59,332 nt of DNA from Fastidiosipila sp. (GTDB lineage: Bacteria > Bacillota > Clostridia > Saccharofermentanales > DTU023): assembly GCA_012837885.1 (NCBI GenBank), contig DUQI01000051.1:1-59332 (forward strand). The letters run 5' to 3'. The notes under the pieces were generated by a model. The model was not told the origin of the DNA. It saw only the letters and a list, made by a program, of their open reading frames with translations, and ran no database searches. The position numbers and the translations under genes are program-made. This document shows positions 44,467 through 55,531 of the stretch, one piece after another. Numbering within the stretch: position 1 is the first letter of the stretch; every line of letters starts with the position of its first letter.

Positions 44467-45284
44467 CTTTCAAGCGTCGAAAGCGCCATCAAAAAGCAGC
44501 GTTCTCCCCCTTGATTTTTACCTTCGACGAGATAACCGTCATCTCCCCGTGAGACATATACGCTGACCGTATCGTCAAAGCTCAATTCACGTACGTAGGA
44601 GACGTCGACTTTTAAAAAATCGAGTCCCGTCTCGGCTAAGGTGCCTTTCGCTTTCTCAAAAAGGGCGACGGCATCGATACCGTATTTCAGGTAGAAGGTG
44701 TTATTGACATGAAAGTTATGGTCGATGTCGGTATAGCCGATCTCGCGTATCAGCATCGGCCGCTCAAGAGCCGGTAGATCGGCCAGCCTGGGCGATTTTT
44801 CATCGATCGTAAACTGAGGCGTGCTGAGCGCTGCAATATCATCATCGCTCATGATCTCTCGCGGTCGGATCGGTTTGTGGCCGTTACGTCTGGCGACGAT
44901 CCATTCACTCGAGCCGACACCGGCCGGCTTTGAAAAATCGCCGTTGATATAAAAATGAAAATCGCGCAACCAGGTGACGAGCCGTACACCGCGGCTCCAG
45001 GTCTCCACCGTCACTTCGTCTCTGAATTTCGGTCGCTGATACCAGACGGCTCGTGAGCGGCGCAAAAGCCAGACGCCGTCTACGCGGTCGACCTCGGCGG
45101 ACATGCCGAGCTCGTACGCATGAACCGTCGCCGATTCCTGTTTGTAGGAAAATAGTGCCTGCCAGGTCAGACGGTCTAATATGTCGGTATCCGTACCGAT
45201 CACGGTATACGTGTATCTGGCACGTATCAGGGGGCTTGCATCATCCATCGTTGTCGTTCGTTTCTCACCCTCGGTATTGGCCAT
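44463..45284 (-). CDS. acyl-ACP thioesterase family protein
   Basis: Double hot-dog-like layout: the N-terminal half (YTYTVIGTDTDILDRLTWQALFSYKQESATVHAYELG) and the second half (IGYTDIDHNFHVNNTFYLKY) resemble PF01643-type enzymes. Confidence 0.6.
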   Translation of the reverse strand: MANTEGEKRTTTMDDASPLIRARYTYTVIGTDTDILDRLTWQALFSYKQESATVHAYELGMSAEVDRVDGVWLLRRSRAVWYQRPKFRDEVTVETWSRGVRLVTWLRDFHFYINGDFSKPAGVGSSEWIVARRNGHKPIRPREIMSDDDIAALSTPQFTIDEKSPRLADLPALERPMLIREIGYTDIDHNFHVNNTFYLKYGIDAVALFEKAKGTLAETGLDFLKVDVSYVRELSFDDTVSVYVSRGDDGYLVEGKNQGGERCFLMALSTLER

Positions 45285-45290
45285 GATTCT

Positions 45291-45296
45291 ATCATA
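45291..45296 (-). promoter_or_regulatory. TATGAT box 6 nt upstream of the thioesterase ATG (possible leaderless promoter)
   Basis: The minus strand reads cgcttTATGATagaatcATG, with no Shine-Dalgarno. Confidence 0.25.
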
Positions 45297-45318
45297 AGCG
45301 CCAAGCGATCGAGACGGC

Positions 45319-45930
45319 TCAGCCTCTTACGGCCGCGACGATCGTCGCAGCCGATGTCTCAATACCGAAGCGTCCGCTGTTGATCATCAGGTGATAGTTT
45401 TTGTAATCGTCCCAATCGCGCTGGGCGTATTTTCGGATATAGGCGGCACGGTTCTTATCGATCGCTTTCAGATGGCTCATCGCTTCCGTCTCGTCGCGCG
45501 CTCCGTATTCTTGCCAAATGCGCATCGTCCGTACCTTCTCATCGGCATAGATATAGACGGACAGAAGATCGGGATCATCTGCCAGGAGATAATCGGCTAG
45601 ACGCCCGACGATAACCGCCGATCCCTTGCTTGCGATGTCTTTAATGATCTTGCTCTGCGCCGCGAACATGCGGTCTTCGTTCGTGTAGTAAGCCCCTTCA
45701 ATCATCGGCGGTGCGATCCCGCCGAACACCGGCACACCCCACAGCCTCGGACTTGATATCTGTTCTTCCCAGTTCGCAATGTACTCCGAGGCAAGTCCCG
45801 TTTCATACGCGACCAAATCGATCAGGTTGTGATTGTAAAACGGTATGTTCAAGGCGGCAGCGACTTTCTCCCCGACCTGCCTACCGCCGCTTCCATACTG
45901 GCGGCTTATCGTGATAATCGTTCGTTTCAT
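45319..45930 (-). CDS. cytidylate kinase-like family protein
   Basis: IITISRQYGSGGRQVGEKVAAALNIPFY is the typical N-terminus of this family. Start set at ATG 45930 (GGGAGTGG RBS). Confidence 0.7.
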   Translation of the reverse strand: MKRTIITISRQYGSGGRQVGEKVAAALNIPFYNHNLIDLVAYETGLASEYIANWEEQISSPRLWGVPVFGGIAPPMIEGAYYTNEDRMFAAQSKIIKDIASKGSAVIVGRLADYLLADDPDLLSVYIYADEKVRTMRIWQEYGARDETEAMSHLKAIDKNRAAYIRKYAQRDWDDYKNYHLMINSGRFGIETSAATIVAAVRG

Positions 45931-46006
45931 CGGCAACCACTCCCTTCTTCTTACTAACATAATAAACTGTTTTGCCGCCACCCGGCAGCGAAAAATTACG
46001 ACGGAT

Positions 46007-46046
46007 AAAAAAACCGCCGCGACAACACGTCAGCGGCGGCTTTTTT
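46007..46046. terminator. bidirectional rho-independent terminator downstream of groEL
   Basis: A7-ccgccgc-12 nt loop-gcggcgg-c-T6. Confidence 0.8.
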
Positions 46047-46074
46047 ATTATGCTTTATAGCGGCTTGTTACGGC

Positions 46075-47709
<1,635 letters not shown>

Positions 47710-47727
47710 TTAAACTCTACGTTGTAT

Positions 47728-48036
<309 letters not shown>

Positions 48037-48045
48037 CTACATAGT

Positions 48046-48072
48046 TTAGCACTCGGAACAAGCGAGTGCTAA
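48046..48072. promoter_or_regulatory. CIRCE element (HrcA operator)
   Basis: Perfect TTAGCACTC-N9-GAGTGCTAA between the promoter and groES. Confidence 0.92.
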
Positions 48073-48079
48073 CAACACC

Positions 48080-48108
48080 ACTATACGAACCGCAAAAAGC
48101 TTTGTCAA
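48080..48108 (-). promoter_or_regulatory. sigma-A promoter of groES-groEL
   Basis: Minus strand TTGACA (48103-48108), 17-nt spacer, TATAGT (48080-48085), immediately upstream of CIRCE. Confidence 0.65.
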
Positions 48109-48169
48109 GGGTACAAATTGTGAACTATTTTGAAGTTTCCCGTACAAGGAAAAATGCGCGCAGATCGGC

Positions 48170-49420
48170 TCAGTCGTCCAGTGGCTCCTCCAAGGCGTAC
48201 CTGCCCGACGCCCGATCGAATGTACCGTTCAAAAACGATTCTCTATCGAGTCGAACCGCCTCCCACTGTCTGTCGTCGGGGAGCTTCTTCAGCGCGACGA
48301 TCAACGGAAACGGCTCGTATTCGACAAAAGCATACGGTGTGAAGTCCGCCTGCTCGATCACCTTCTTCTCGCCGGATATGAGATTCACATGATACGCTTT
48401 CAGATCTTCTTTATCGATGAAAAAGAAATCATCCCCCCATTGGCGGAGGTTGTCTTCAGGCGATAAGACCATCTCGATCAGATTTGTCGAAAGATCGAGT
48501 CGTTTCAAATCGCGCGGACTCGCATAGTTTTCAGGCTCACGCCGGTCATAAAAATAGATCGAACCGTCTCTCAGGTAAGCGATGGACAGCCAGGGCACCG
48601 GTTCCGTTTCGAGGAACACGGGCGTCATCTCGTGCGATGCGAGATCGACAAAAGCGAATTGGCCACGATACAGTTTCAGTGCGGCCGGCGAGTAATCAAA
48701 AGATCCAGCTTCATATGTCTTCTCCGACGCATCCTGCCGTACGAAGTAAAGCTTCGATCCCGAAAGTCCACATAGTTGCATACTCGATGAATGCTGCCAC
48801 GGAAAAGAGGCGAGCTCCCGATAAGTTCCGGTATCGAGGTCGAGCGAAAAGAGCAGGTGCGAAGCGCGTCCCGTCGGCAAATCAGGTTGCCCGATCGGCC
48901 CCGGTTTTTCGATTTCGACAAACGTCATCACACCAAAAAGTGTCGTCTCATTAAAAAGCACCGAGGAGATCGTCACGCCGGTTTCATGCATCAAGACGGT
49001 CTGGTCGGAACGATCGAGATTCGATGAAACGACCCTGGCGACCACATCGTCCGCCGCGGGATCGTACGCTCGCTCTATTGTATAGAGTTTTTCAGCGACG
49101 ACAAATATGGTCTGTACGCCTTGCAGATCCGCATCACAATCATCATCTTTGCCATGGCGGCAATCGGTACGCCTACATACGATGACCGATGTGTCCTCCA
49201 CTCGATCGTAGAAGTGCAGAAAACCGTTACCGTTCAAATAAAAGAGACCGTCCTCGATCACCGCGTACGATTCTGAAAAGCGCATACGAAGCGGCTGAAC
49301 TTCTTCCACGTATGTAGTGTCGTCCGGCCGATCTTCTTTCTCAGCATACGTCGAGACGGGCACCAACATGCTGAATATAAGGATCGCGGCGAGAAGCCAG
49401 CCGACCTTGATCTTTCTCAT
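48170..49420 (-). CDS. hypothetical exported protein with Cys/His cluster (possible beta-propeller)
   Basis: Signal peptide (WLLAAILIFSMLVPVSTYA) and a CRRTDCRHGKDDDCDAD cluster. No RBS is evident. Confidence 0.45.
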   Translation of the reverse strand: MRKIKVGWLLAAILIFSMLVPVSTYAEKEDRPDDTTYVEEVQPLRMRFSESYAVIEDGLFYLNGNGFLHFYDRVEDTSVIVCRRTDCRHGKDDDCDADLQGVQTIFVVAEKLYTIERAYDPAADDVVARVVSSNLDRSDQTVLMHETGVTISSVLFNETTLFGVMTFVEIEKPGPIGQPDLPTGRASHLLFSLDLDTGTYRELASFPWQHSSSMQLCGLSGSKLYFVRQDASEKTYEAGSFDYSPAALKLYRGQFAFVDLASHEMTPVFLETEPVPWLSIAYLRDGSIYFYDRREPENYASPRDLKRLDLSTNLIEMVLSPEDNLRQWGDDFFFIDKEDLKAYHVNLISGEKKVIEQADFTPYAFVEYEPFPLIVALKKLPDDRQWEAVRLDRESFLNGTFDRASGRYALEEPLDD

Positions 49421-49542
49421 TGACGATTATTTCATATCTTTTTCCATCTTTCGTTTTTTCATCGGCCGAAGGCGTTTGACGGTCGCACCAGACGGCGACC
49501 ACTCACGTGCCTTCTGCGATCACAACTTCTCGTTTTCTGCGC

Positions 49543-50205
49543 TTATTTAGGTTTACTCGCGATCGCATCATAAGCGCGCATGAAGAGCGGCGTCTGTGCC
49601 ATATATTTGAGCACAGACGACTGATTCATCCACTCCCCAAACAGCGGCACTGCCGGTGACAAGGCGGAGATCAACAAGGAGACGAGGTAGATTAACAAGA
49701 GCCCCCAGAGTCCACCGAGAAGCAGTCCGCTGATACGATTGACCGTTCCGACGATCGGGATCTTATTGATGCCTTTGGCGATACGCTTTAAGAAGAACCG
49801 CACGACGATCTGCAAGAAGACAAACAAGAGGACGATAGCGAGTACGCCGGCCAAAAGCTCAGTCAGACGTTCAGCGACATAGGAAGCTGCGCTCAGCGAA
49901 GATGCGGCACTTTCCGCTGCAATCCGATCACTCCAAGGGCCGGGCAGACCGATGCCGGTCAGAGCGCTGACAATGGAGCCACCTGTCTCGCCGAGTTTTC
50001 CCGCGACGGAATCCCGCACACTGTTCGTAAACCCGTCAAAGAGACCGGAGTCTTTAAGCCAGCCGGCGACAGGGCTTGCCAGCGCGTAGACGACGATCAG
50101 GGAGAAGATGCCGGAGACGATCGTCAAAAACGTTGCGACAAATCCTCTTTTATATGACAGGTAACAAATGATCAAAAAGATGATTACCAAGATGACGTCG
50201 ATCAA
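49543..50205 (-). CDS. cvpA: CvpA-family membrane protein
   Basis: IDVILVIIFLIICYLSYKRGFV is a typical CvpA opening; 4-5 TM helices. TTG start overlaps the galE stop (TTGA), with AAAGGAGG RBS. Confidence 0.7.
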   Translation of the reverse strand: MIDVILVIIFLIICYLSYKRGFVATFLTIVSGIFSLIVVYALASPVAGWLKDSGLFDGFTNSVRDSVAGKLGETGGSIVSALTGIGLPGPWSDRIAAESAASSLSAASYVAERLTELLAGVLAIVLLFVFLQIVVRFFLKRIAKGINKIPIVGTVNRISGLLLGGLWGLLLIYLVSLLISALSPAVPLFGEWMNQSSVLKYMAQTPLFMRAYDAIASKPK

Positions 50206-51230
50206 GGAGTGCCTCCTTTAGCGTAACCTTCCGGGTTTTGCGACTGGAAGCGCCAGACATCGTCACACATTTCCTGCAGTGACCGTGAAGCGCTCCAACC
50301 GAGAAGCGTCTTGGCCTTGGTTGGATCGGCATAGGAAACAGCGATGTCTCCCGGCCGGCGCGGCACGAAGGCCTTCTTGATCGTTTTACCGGACGCTGCT
50401 TCGAAGGCATCGACGATCTCGAGCACGCTGTAGCCCGTTCCGGTGCCGAGATTGATCGCTTCAACACCTTGATGTCGGCAGACGTACTCGAGGGCGGCGG
50501 CATGGCCTTCGGCCAGATCCATCACATGGATATAGTCTCTGACGCCGGTACCGTCCTTCGTCTCGTAGTCGTTACCCATCACCGACAATTGATCGAGGCG
50601 ACCGACCGCGACCTGTGCTATGTAAGGCAGCAGGTTGTTCGGAATCCCTCTCGGATCTTCACCGAGTAGTCCGCTCGGATGCGCACCGATCGGGTTGAAG
50701 TAACGAAGCAGGGCGACCGACCAATCCGGTCTCGCCTTCACCTGATCGCGCAGGATATCCTCTTGCATAAGCTTCGTTCTGCCGTAGGGATTCATCGCAC
50801 CGAGCGACGCATCCTCCTTGATCGGCACCGACTCGGGCGCACCGTAGACGGTGGCCGAGGAAGAAAAGACGAAACACTTCACATCGAATTTGTCCATCAA
50901 CTCGAGCAAGGTCAAGATCGAGTCGATATTGTTTCGATAGTATTCGAGCGGTTTTTCCACCGACTCGCCGACTGCTTTGAGACCGGCGAAATGGATGATG
51001 GCATCGATCGGTTGCTGACGAAACACCCGATCCATCGCATCTTTATCCGTTACATCAGTCTGAAAAAAGGTAAAATCGCGTTGGCAAAGCGTCTCGATGC
51101 GGCGCACCGCTTCCATCCGGCTGTTCGATAGATTGTCGACGACGACCACCTCGTAGCCTTTTTCAAGCAATACTGTCACCGTGTGGCTGCCGATATAGCC
51201 TGCACCGCCTGTCACCAGAACCGTAGCCAT
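50202..51230 (-). CDS. galE: UDP-glucose 4-epimerase
   Basis: VLVTGGAGYIGSH, SSSATVYG and YGRTK motifs (SDR Y-x3-K). Confidence 0.9.
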   Translation of the reverse strand: MATVLVTGGAGYIGSHTVTVLLEKGYEVVVVDNLSNSRMEAVRRIETLCQRDFTFFQTDVTDKDAMDRVFRQQPIDAIIHFAGLKAVGESVEKPLEYYRNNIDSILTLLELMDKFDVKCFVFSSSATVYGAPESVPIKEDASLGAMNPYGRTKLMQEDILRDQVKARPDWSVALLRYFNPIGAHPSGLLGEDPRGIPNNLLPYIAQVAVGRLDQLSVMGNDYETKDGTGVRDYIHVMDLAEGHAAALEYVCRHQGVEAINLGTGTGYSVLEIVDAFEAASGKTIKKAFVPRRPGDIAVSYADPTKAKTLLGWSASRSLQEMCDDVWRFQSQNPEGYAKGGTP

Positions 51231-51326
51231 AATAGTCTCCCCTTAGTGTTTTTTTCATTATAACGGAAAGCCCAAAGATGAGAGGACGATATCCGCGTTG
51301 GAGAAATGCTCGCCTCTTAATTGCGC

Positions 51327-51332
51327 TATAAT
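51327..51332 (+). promoter_or_regulatory. TATAAT box 8 nt upstream of the ABC exporter start codon (possible leaderless promoter)
   Basis: ttgcgcTATAATatgccctgATG, with no Shine-Dalgarno. The next in-frame ATG would delete the first TM region. Confidence 0.3.
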
Positions 51333-51340
51333 ATGCCCTG

Positions 51341-53161
51341 ATGTCTGATGCGCCGAAAAAAACAAAGCAGCGGTTCGCTTGGCGCGAATTGCTTGCCTTT
51401 TATCAGGGGGAATTTACCCGGCTTTTCGTATCACTTGCGGCAACGCTCGGCGCCGCGATCATGGTGCTTTTGATTCCGCTTGTCGTCGGATTTCTCGTCG
51501 ACCGCGTATTGCTCGACAATGCGTCCGAGCTCCCCACCTTTATCGACCGGCTGTTCGGCATGCTCGGCGACCGCACCTATCTGTTGCAAAATCTCTGGAT
51601 CTTTGGCGTCGTGATCATCGTCTTGTTCGGTCTCGACGGCTTCTTCTCCTACCTGAATAACTCCCTGATCACGCGATATTCAGAAACGGGTGCGTTAAAG
51701 ATGCGGATGCGCTTGTTTTCGCATTTGCAGCGTCTTCCCTTCTCCTATCACAAGCGTGCGCAGACGGGCGATCTCGTGCAGCGCTGCACGTCGGATGTCG
51801 AGCAGATTCGCCGCTTCTTTCAAATGCAGTTATCGGAGATCGTGCGCTGTCTGGCTTTGGTTATCGTCGCCACAGTCCTGATGTTCCGACTCAATACGAC
51901 GATGGCTCTGGTCGCCATCGCTTCAACACCGATTCTCTTCATCTCATCCTGGATCTACTTCAAAAAACGCCGTTACGCGTTTCGTGTCTGGGACGAGGCC
52001 GAAGGTGAGATTTCGACCGTCTTGCAAGAGAACGTGACCGGGGTTCGTGTCGTACGTGCCTTCAATCGCACCGAGTATGAGATCGAGAAGTTCGGTGTCA
52101 AGAACAACGAATTGAACCGCGTCGCTCATGAACAGTTCCGTATCATGGGGAATTTCTGGATGTTCTCCGATTTTCTAGCATTCGCTCAGCTCGCTGCTGT
52201 GATCATCTTCGGCGCGATCATGGTGATCGACAACCAGATCTCATTGGGTACCCTGTTGATCTTCATCTCTTATTCCGAGAATCTGACTTTTCCTTTGCGC
52301 GGACTCGCACGGCTTCTGGCCGATGCCGGCAAGATGCAGATCTCTTTCGACCGCTTGAAAGAGATCCTGGACGAAAAACCGGAACCGAAGGATGAAGATC
52401 TCCTCGATCCTCTGCTCTTCGGTGAAGTCGAATTCGAAAAGGTTAATTTTGCCTACGAAGACGATCCGCGTCCCGTCTTGGAAGATGTCAGCTTTAGCGT
52501 CAAAAAAGGTCAGACGCTCGGCATTTTGGGACCGACCGGTTCCGGCAAGTCATCGCTTCTTTTACTATTGCAACGGCTCTACGAGCCGACGAGCGGCAAG
52601 ATCCGCTTCGACGGCGTTGATTCGACCGAGATCTCGAGAGAGAGTCTGCGCCGCCAGATCGGCATGATTTTGCAAGAGCCGTTCGTCTATTCGCGTACGA
52701 TCATGGAGAATATCCGTATGCCGCGGCCGGAAGCGACCGATGACGATGTACGTCATCAGGCGAAGACAGCCAAGCTGCACCGAGAGATTCAGCAGTTTGA
52801 ATCCGGCTACGATACAGTCGTCGGCGAACGCGGCGTCACCTTATCCGGCGGCCAAAAACAGCGGCTGACGATCGCCCGTGCCCTGATTCGCTCCTGCCCG
52901 ATCATCGTGTTTGACGATTCCCTGTCTGCCGTCGATATGGAGACGGATAGAGAGATTCGACGCGCGATGAAGGAGAGGGAAAAAGAGATCACGACGTTCA
53001 TCGTCTCGCACCGCATCTCAACCCTGATGCACGCAGACAAGATTATCGTATTGAAAGACGGCCGCATCAGTCAGTCCGGTACGCACGAATCGCTACTGGA
53101 AAGCGACGGTCTCTACCGCCGCGTCTATGACATCCAGCGGGCTTATATGGAGGAAGAATAA
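51341..53161 (+). CDS. ABC exporter half-transporter (TMD-NBD), degenerate-site subunit
   Basis: Walker A GPTGSGKSS, signature LSGGQKQR, and Walker B IIVFDDS with Asp in place of the catalytic Glu. Confidence 0.85.
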   Translation: MSDAPKKTKQRFAWRELLAFYQGEFTRLFVSLAATLGAAIMVLLIPLVVGFLVDRVLLDNASELPTFIDRLFGMLGDRTYLLQNLWIFGVVIIVLFGLDGFFSYLNNSLITRYSETGALKMRMRLFSHLQRLPFSYHKRAQTGDLVQRCTSDVEQIRRFFQMQLSEIVRCLALVIVATVLMFRLNTTMALVAIASTPILFISSWIYFKKRRYAFRVWDEAEGEISTVLQENVTGVRVVRAFNRTEYEIEKFGVKNNELNRVAHEQFRIMGNFWMFSDFLAFAQLAAVIIFGAIMVIDNQISLGTLLIFISYSENLTFPLRGLARLLADAGKMQISFDRLKEILDEKPEPKDEDLLDPLLFGEVEFEKVNFAYEDDPRPVLEDVSFSVKKGQTLGILGPTGSGKSSLLLLLQRLYEPTSGKIRFDGVDSTEISRESLRRQIGMILQEPFVYSRTIMENIRMPRPEATDDDVRHQAKTAKLHREIQQFESGYDTVVGERGVTLSGGQKQRLTIARALIRSCPIIVFDDSLSAVDMETDREIRRAMKEREKEITTFIVSHRISTLMHADKIIVLKDGRISQSGTHESLLESDGLYRRVYDIQRAYMEEE

Positions 53162-55005
53162 TGAACTGGCGTGACGATTACGATTACAACCAGTCATTTT
53201 CGACCGACACCTGGTCGCGCTTCTTTAAGCTCGCCAAGCCGTTGAAAAAACACTTTATCTGGCTCTTTGTCGTGATGGCCTGGGTCGCCGTCTTCGACAA
53301 TATCTCGCCCCTGATGACGCGCTATGCGATCGATCACTTTATCGCAAAGGGAACGAAAGAAGGCCTTGTCGTCTACGGCATCTTGTTTCTCTTTGTCGTC
53401 TTGATGCAGGGCATCGGTACGAAGTTCTTCCTGAAAGTCGCAGGCGGCATCGAAGTCGAGGTCGGCCACCAGATCCGCGAAGAAGGTTTCAAGAAACTCC
53501 AGGAACTGTCGTTTTCGTACTACGACCGGACGCCGGTCGGCTGGATCATCTCGCGCCTGATCGCCGACACGTCGCGCCTCGCCGAAGTCGTCGCCTGGAG
53601 TCTCGTTGATATCTTCTGGGGCGGTGCGTCGATCATCGCGATCATGATCATGTTGTTTATCATGGATTGGCACCTCGCGATCCTCTCCCTTTTGATCATT
53701 CCTGTTTTGTTCGTCGTCTCGACACTCTTCCAACGTATCTTACTTAAGGTGCAAAGAGAAATCCGACGTGAGAACTCGAAACTGACCGGTGAATTCAATG
53801 AAGGGATCATGGGTGCGAGGACGACGAAGACGTTGCACCGTGAACGAAAGAACACCGAAGAATTTGAAGAGACGGCGACGAAACTCTACACCCACAGCGT
53901 CAGAGCCGGAAAACTCTCGGCCATCTTTTTGCCGATCATCTCGTTGCTCGGTGCCGTCGCAGCTGCCGTCGTCCTCACGGTCGGCGGTCAGCGCATGGAA
54001 CAGGGCCTGATGCAGATCGGTACCCTGTACGCCTTCTTCATCTACACGATGCGCCTATGGGAACCGATCCGCCACGTCGCGCGCGTCTTTAGGGATCTGC
54101 AGTCGGCTCAGGCGGCGGCTGAACGTGTTATGCACCTGCTCTCCGAAGAGAGCGATCTTGTCGACAGGCCGGAAGTCATCGTACGGTACGGCGAGAAAGA
54201 CGGCGAGGGCGAAATGCCGTGGCCTGAGATCGAAGGACGCATCTCTTTCAAAGACGTCAGTTTCTGGTACAAAGAAAACGAGGTCGTGCTCGACCAATTC
54301 AATCTGGATATCGAGCCTGGACAGACGATCGCTCTGGTCGGTGAGACCGGCGCCGGTAAGTCGACGATCATCAACTTGCTCTGCCGCTTCTACGAACCGA
54401 GTCGCGGCCAGATCTTAATCGACGGCGTCGATTACCGCGAACGCCCTCTCCCCTGGCTGCATGAGCATCTCGGCTACGTCCTGCAGACGCCGCACCTTTT
54501 CTCCGGCACGATCGCCGACAACATCCGCTTCGGTCGTCTCGAAGCGACCGATGAAGAGATCGTAAACGCCGCGAAGCTCGTCTCGGCACATGAGTTCATC
54601 ATGCGGCACGAGCGCGGCTACGACACCGAAGTCGGTGAGGGCGGCGGACGTCTCTCGACCGGTGAAAAACAATTGATCTCGTTTGCCAGAGCCGTCATCG
54701 CCGATCCGGCGTTCTTCTTACTGGACGAAGCGACGGCTTCAATTGATACGGAGACGGAACACGCTGTGCAACAGGCGATCGAGACGATCCGGCAGGGCCG
54801 AACGATGATCGTCGTCGCCCACCGCTTGTCGACAATTCGGAACGCCGACCGGATTCTCGTGATCGAAGACGGCAAGGTGATCGAGTCGGGTACGCACGAA
54901 GCGCTTCTCGAAGCAGGCGGCCAGTACGCCCAACTCTACCGCATGCAGTTCATGCAGGAGTCGTACGACGAGCTGAATCGTGAAACAGGTGGTCACCGTG
55001 AATGA
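53161..55005 (+). CDS. ABC exporter half-transporter (TMD-NBD), consensus-site subunit
   Basis: Walker A GETGAGKST, Walker B FFLLDEAT (canonical Glu), and a non-canonical signature LSTGEKQ. The ATG overlaps the upstream TAA. Confidence 0.85.
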   Translation: MNWRDDYDYNQSFSTDTWSRFFKLAKPLKKHFIWLFVVMAWVAVFDNISPLMTRYAIDHFIAKGTKEGLVVYGILFLFVVLMQGIGTKFFLKVAGGIEVEVGHQIREEGFKKLQELSFSYYDRTPVGWIISRLIADTSRLAEVVAWSLVDIFWGGASIIAIMIMLFIMDWHLAILSLLIIPVLFVVSTLFQRILLKVQREIRRENSKLTGEFNEGIMGARTTKTLHRERKNTEEFEETATKLYTHSVRAGKLSAIFLPIISLLGAVAAAVVLTVGGQRMEQGLMQIGTLYAFFIYTMRLWEPIRHVARVFRDLQSAQAAAERVMHLLSEESDLVDRPEVIVRYGEKDGEGEMPWPEIEGRISFKDVSFWYKENEVVLDQFNLDIEPGQTIALVGETGAGKSTIINLLCRFYEPSRGQILIDGVDYRERPLPWLHEHLGYVLQTPHLFSGTIADNIRFGRLEATDEEIVNAAKLVSAHEFIMRHERGYDTEVGEGGGRLSTGEKQLISFARAVIADPAFFLLDEATASIDTETEHAVQQAIETIRQGRTMIVVAHRLSTIRNADRILVIEDGKVIESGTHEALLEAGGQYAQLYRMQFMQESYDELNRETGGHRE

Positions 55006-55531
55006 TCTGCCCGCGAAAAATCGGCTGCTACTGCTCGCCTATATCGCCGAGACGGAACCGGTGCCTTTCGGACTCCTGGTCACCCTCGTCCTCTCAGGAC
55101 TCAGCATGGATTATTTCGCTTTTCAGGAAGCGCTGAACAGCACACAGGCGTCTAAACTTGTCTCCACCATTGAGCTCTCCGAGACGGATGTCTCCGGCAA
55201 AAGGCGTATCGCCTACATCTTGAGCGACGAAGGTAAACAGGTACTCGCGTCACTCGAAAACCAACTGAAACCGTCGGAGCTCGAATGGCTCAAAGAAAAC
55301 GCCGGCCCGTACCGCCAGGCATACGACGCCAACGATCTCAGCGGTGCCTACTATCGTGAGGCCGATCACGGCTACATCGTCAGTATCGGCCAGGCGAAAA
55401 AGGGGCGTTTTACGGCGCACTATACCTTCTTTGTCGAAACGGAAGACGACGCAAAAAAGGCCGTGGTGCGTTTTAAAAAACACGCCGACGGCCTCAATGA
55501 CTATCTAAAAGATACGTTACTTTCCGACTAG
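54998..55531 (+). CDS. hypothetical protein, DUF4364-like (possible wHTH N-domain; family name from memory)
   Basis: The ORF-track start is GTG 54980. GTG 54998 has an AGGTGG RBS 5 nt upstream. The gene overlaps the end of the ABC gene and, convergently, the end of fprA. Confidence 0.4.
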   Translation: MNDLPAKNRLLLLAYIAETEPVPFGLLVTLVLSGLSMDYFAFQEALNSTQASKLVSTIELSETDVSGKRRIAYILSDEGKQVLASLENQLKPSELEWLKENAGPYRQAYDANDLSGAYYREADHGYIVSIGQAKKGRFTAHYTFFVETEDDAKKAVVRFKKHADGLNDYLKDTLLSD

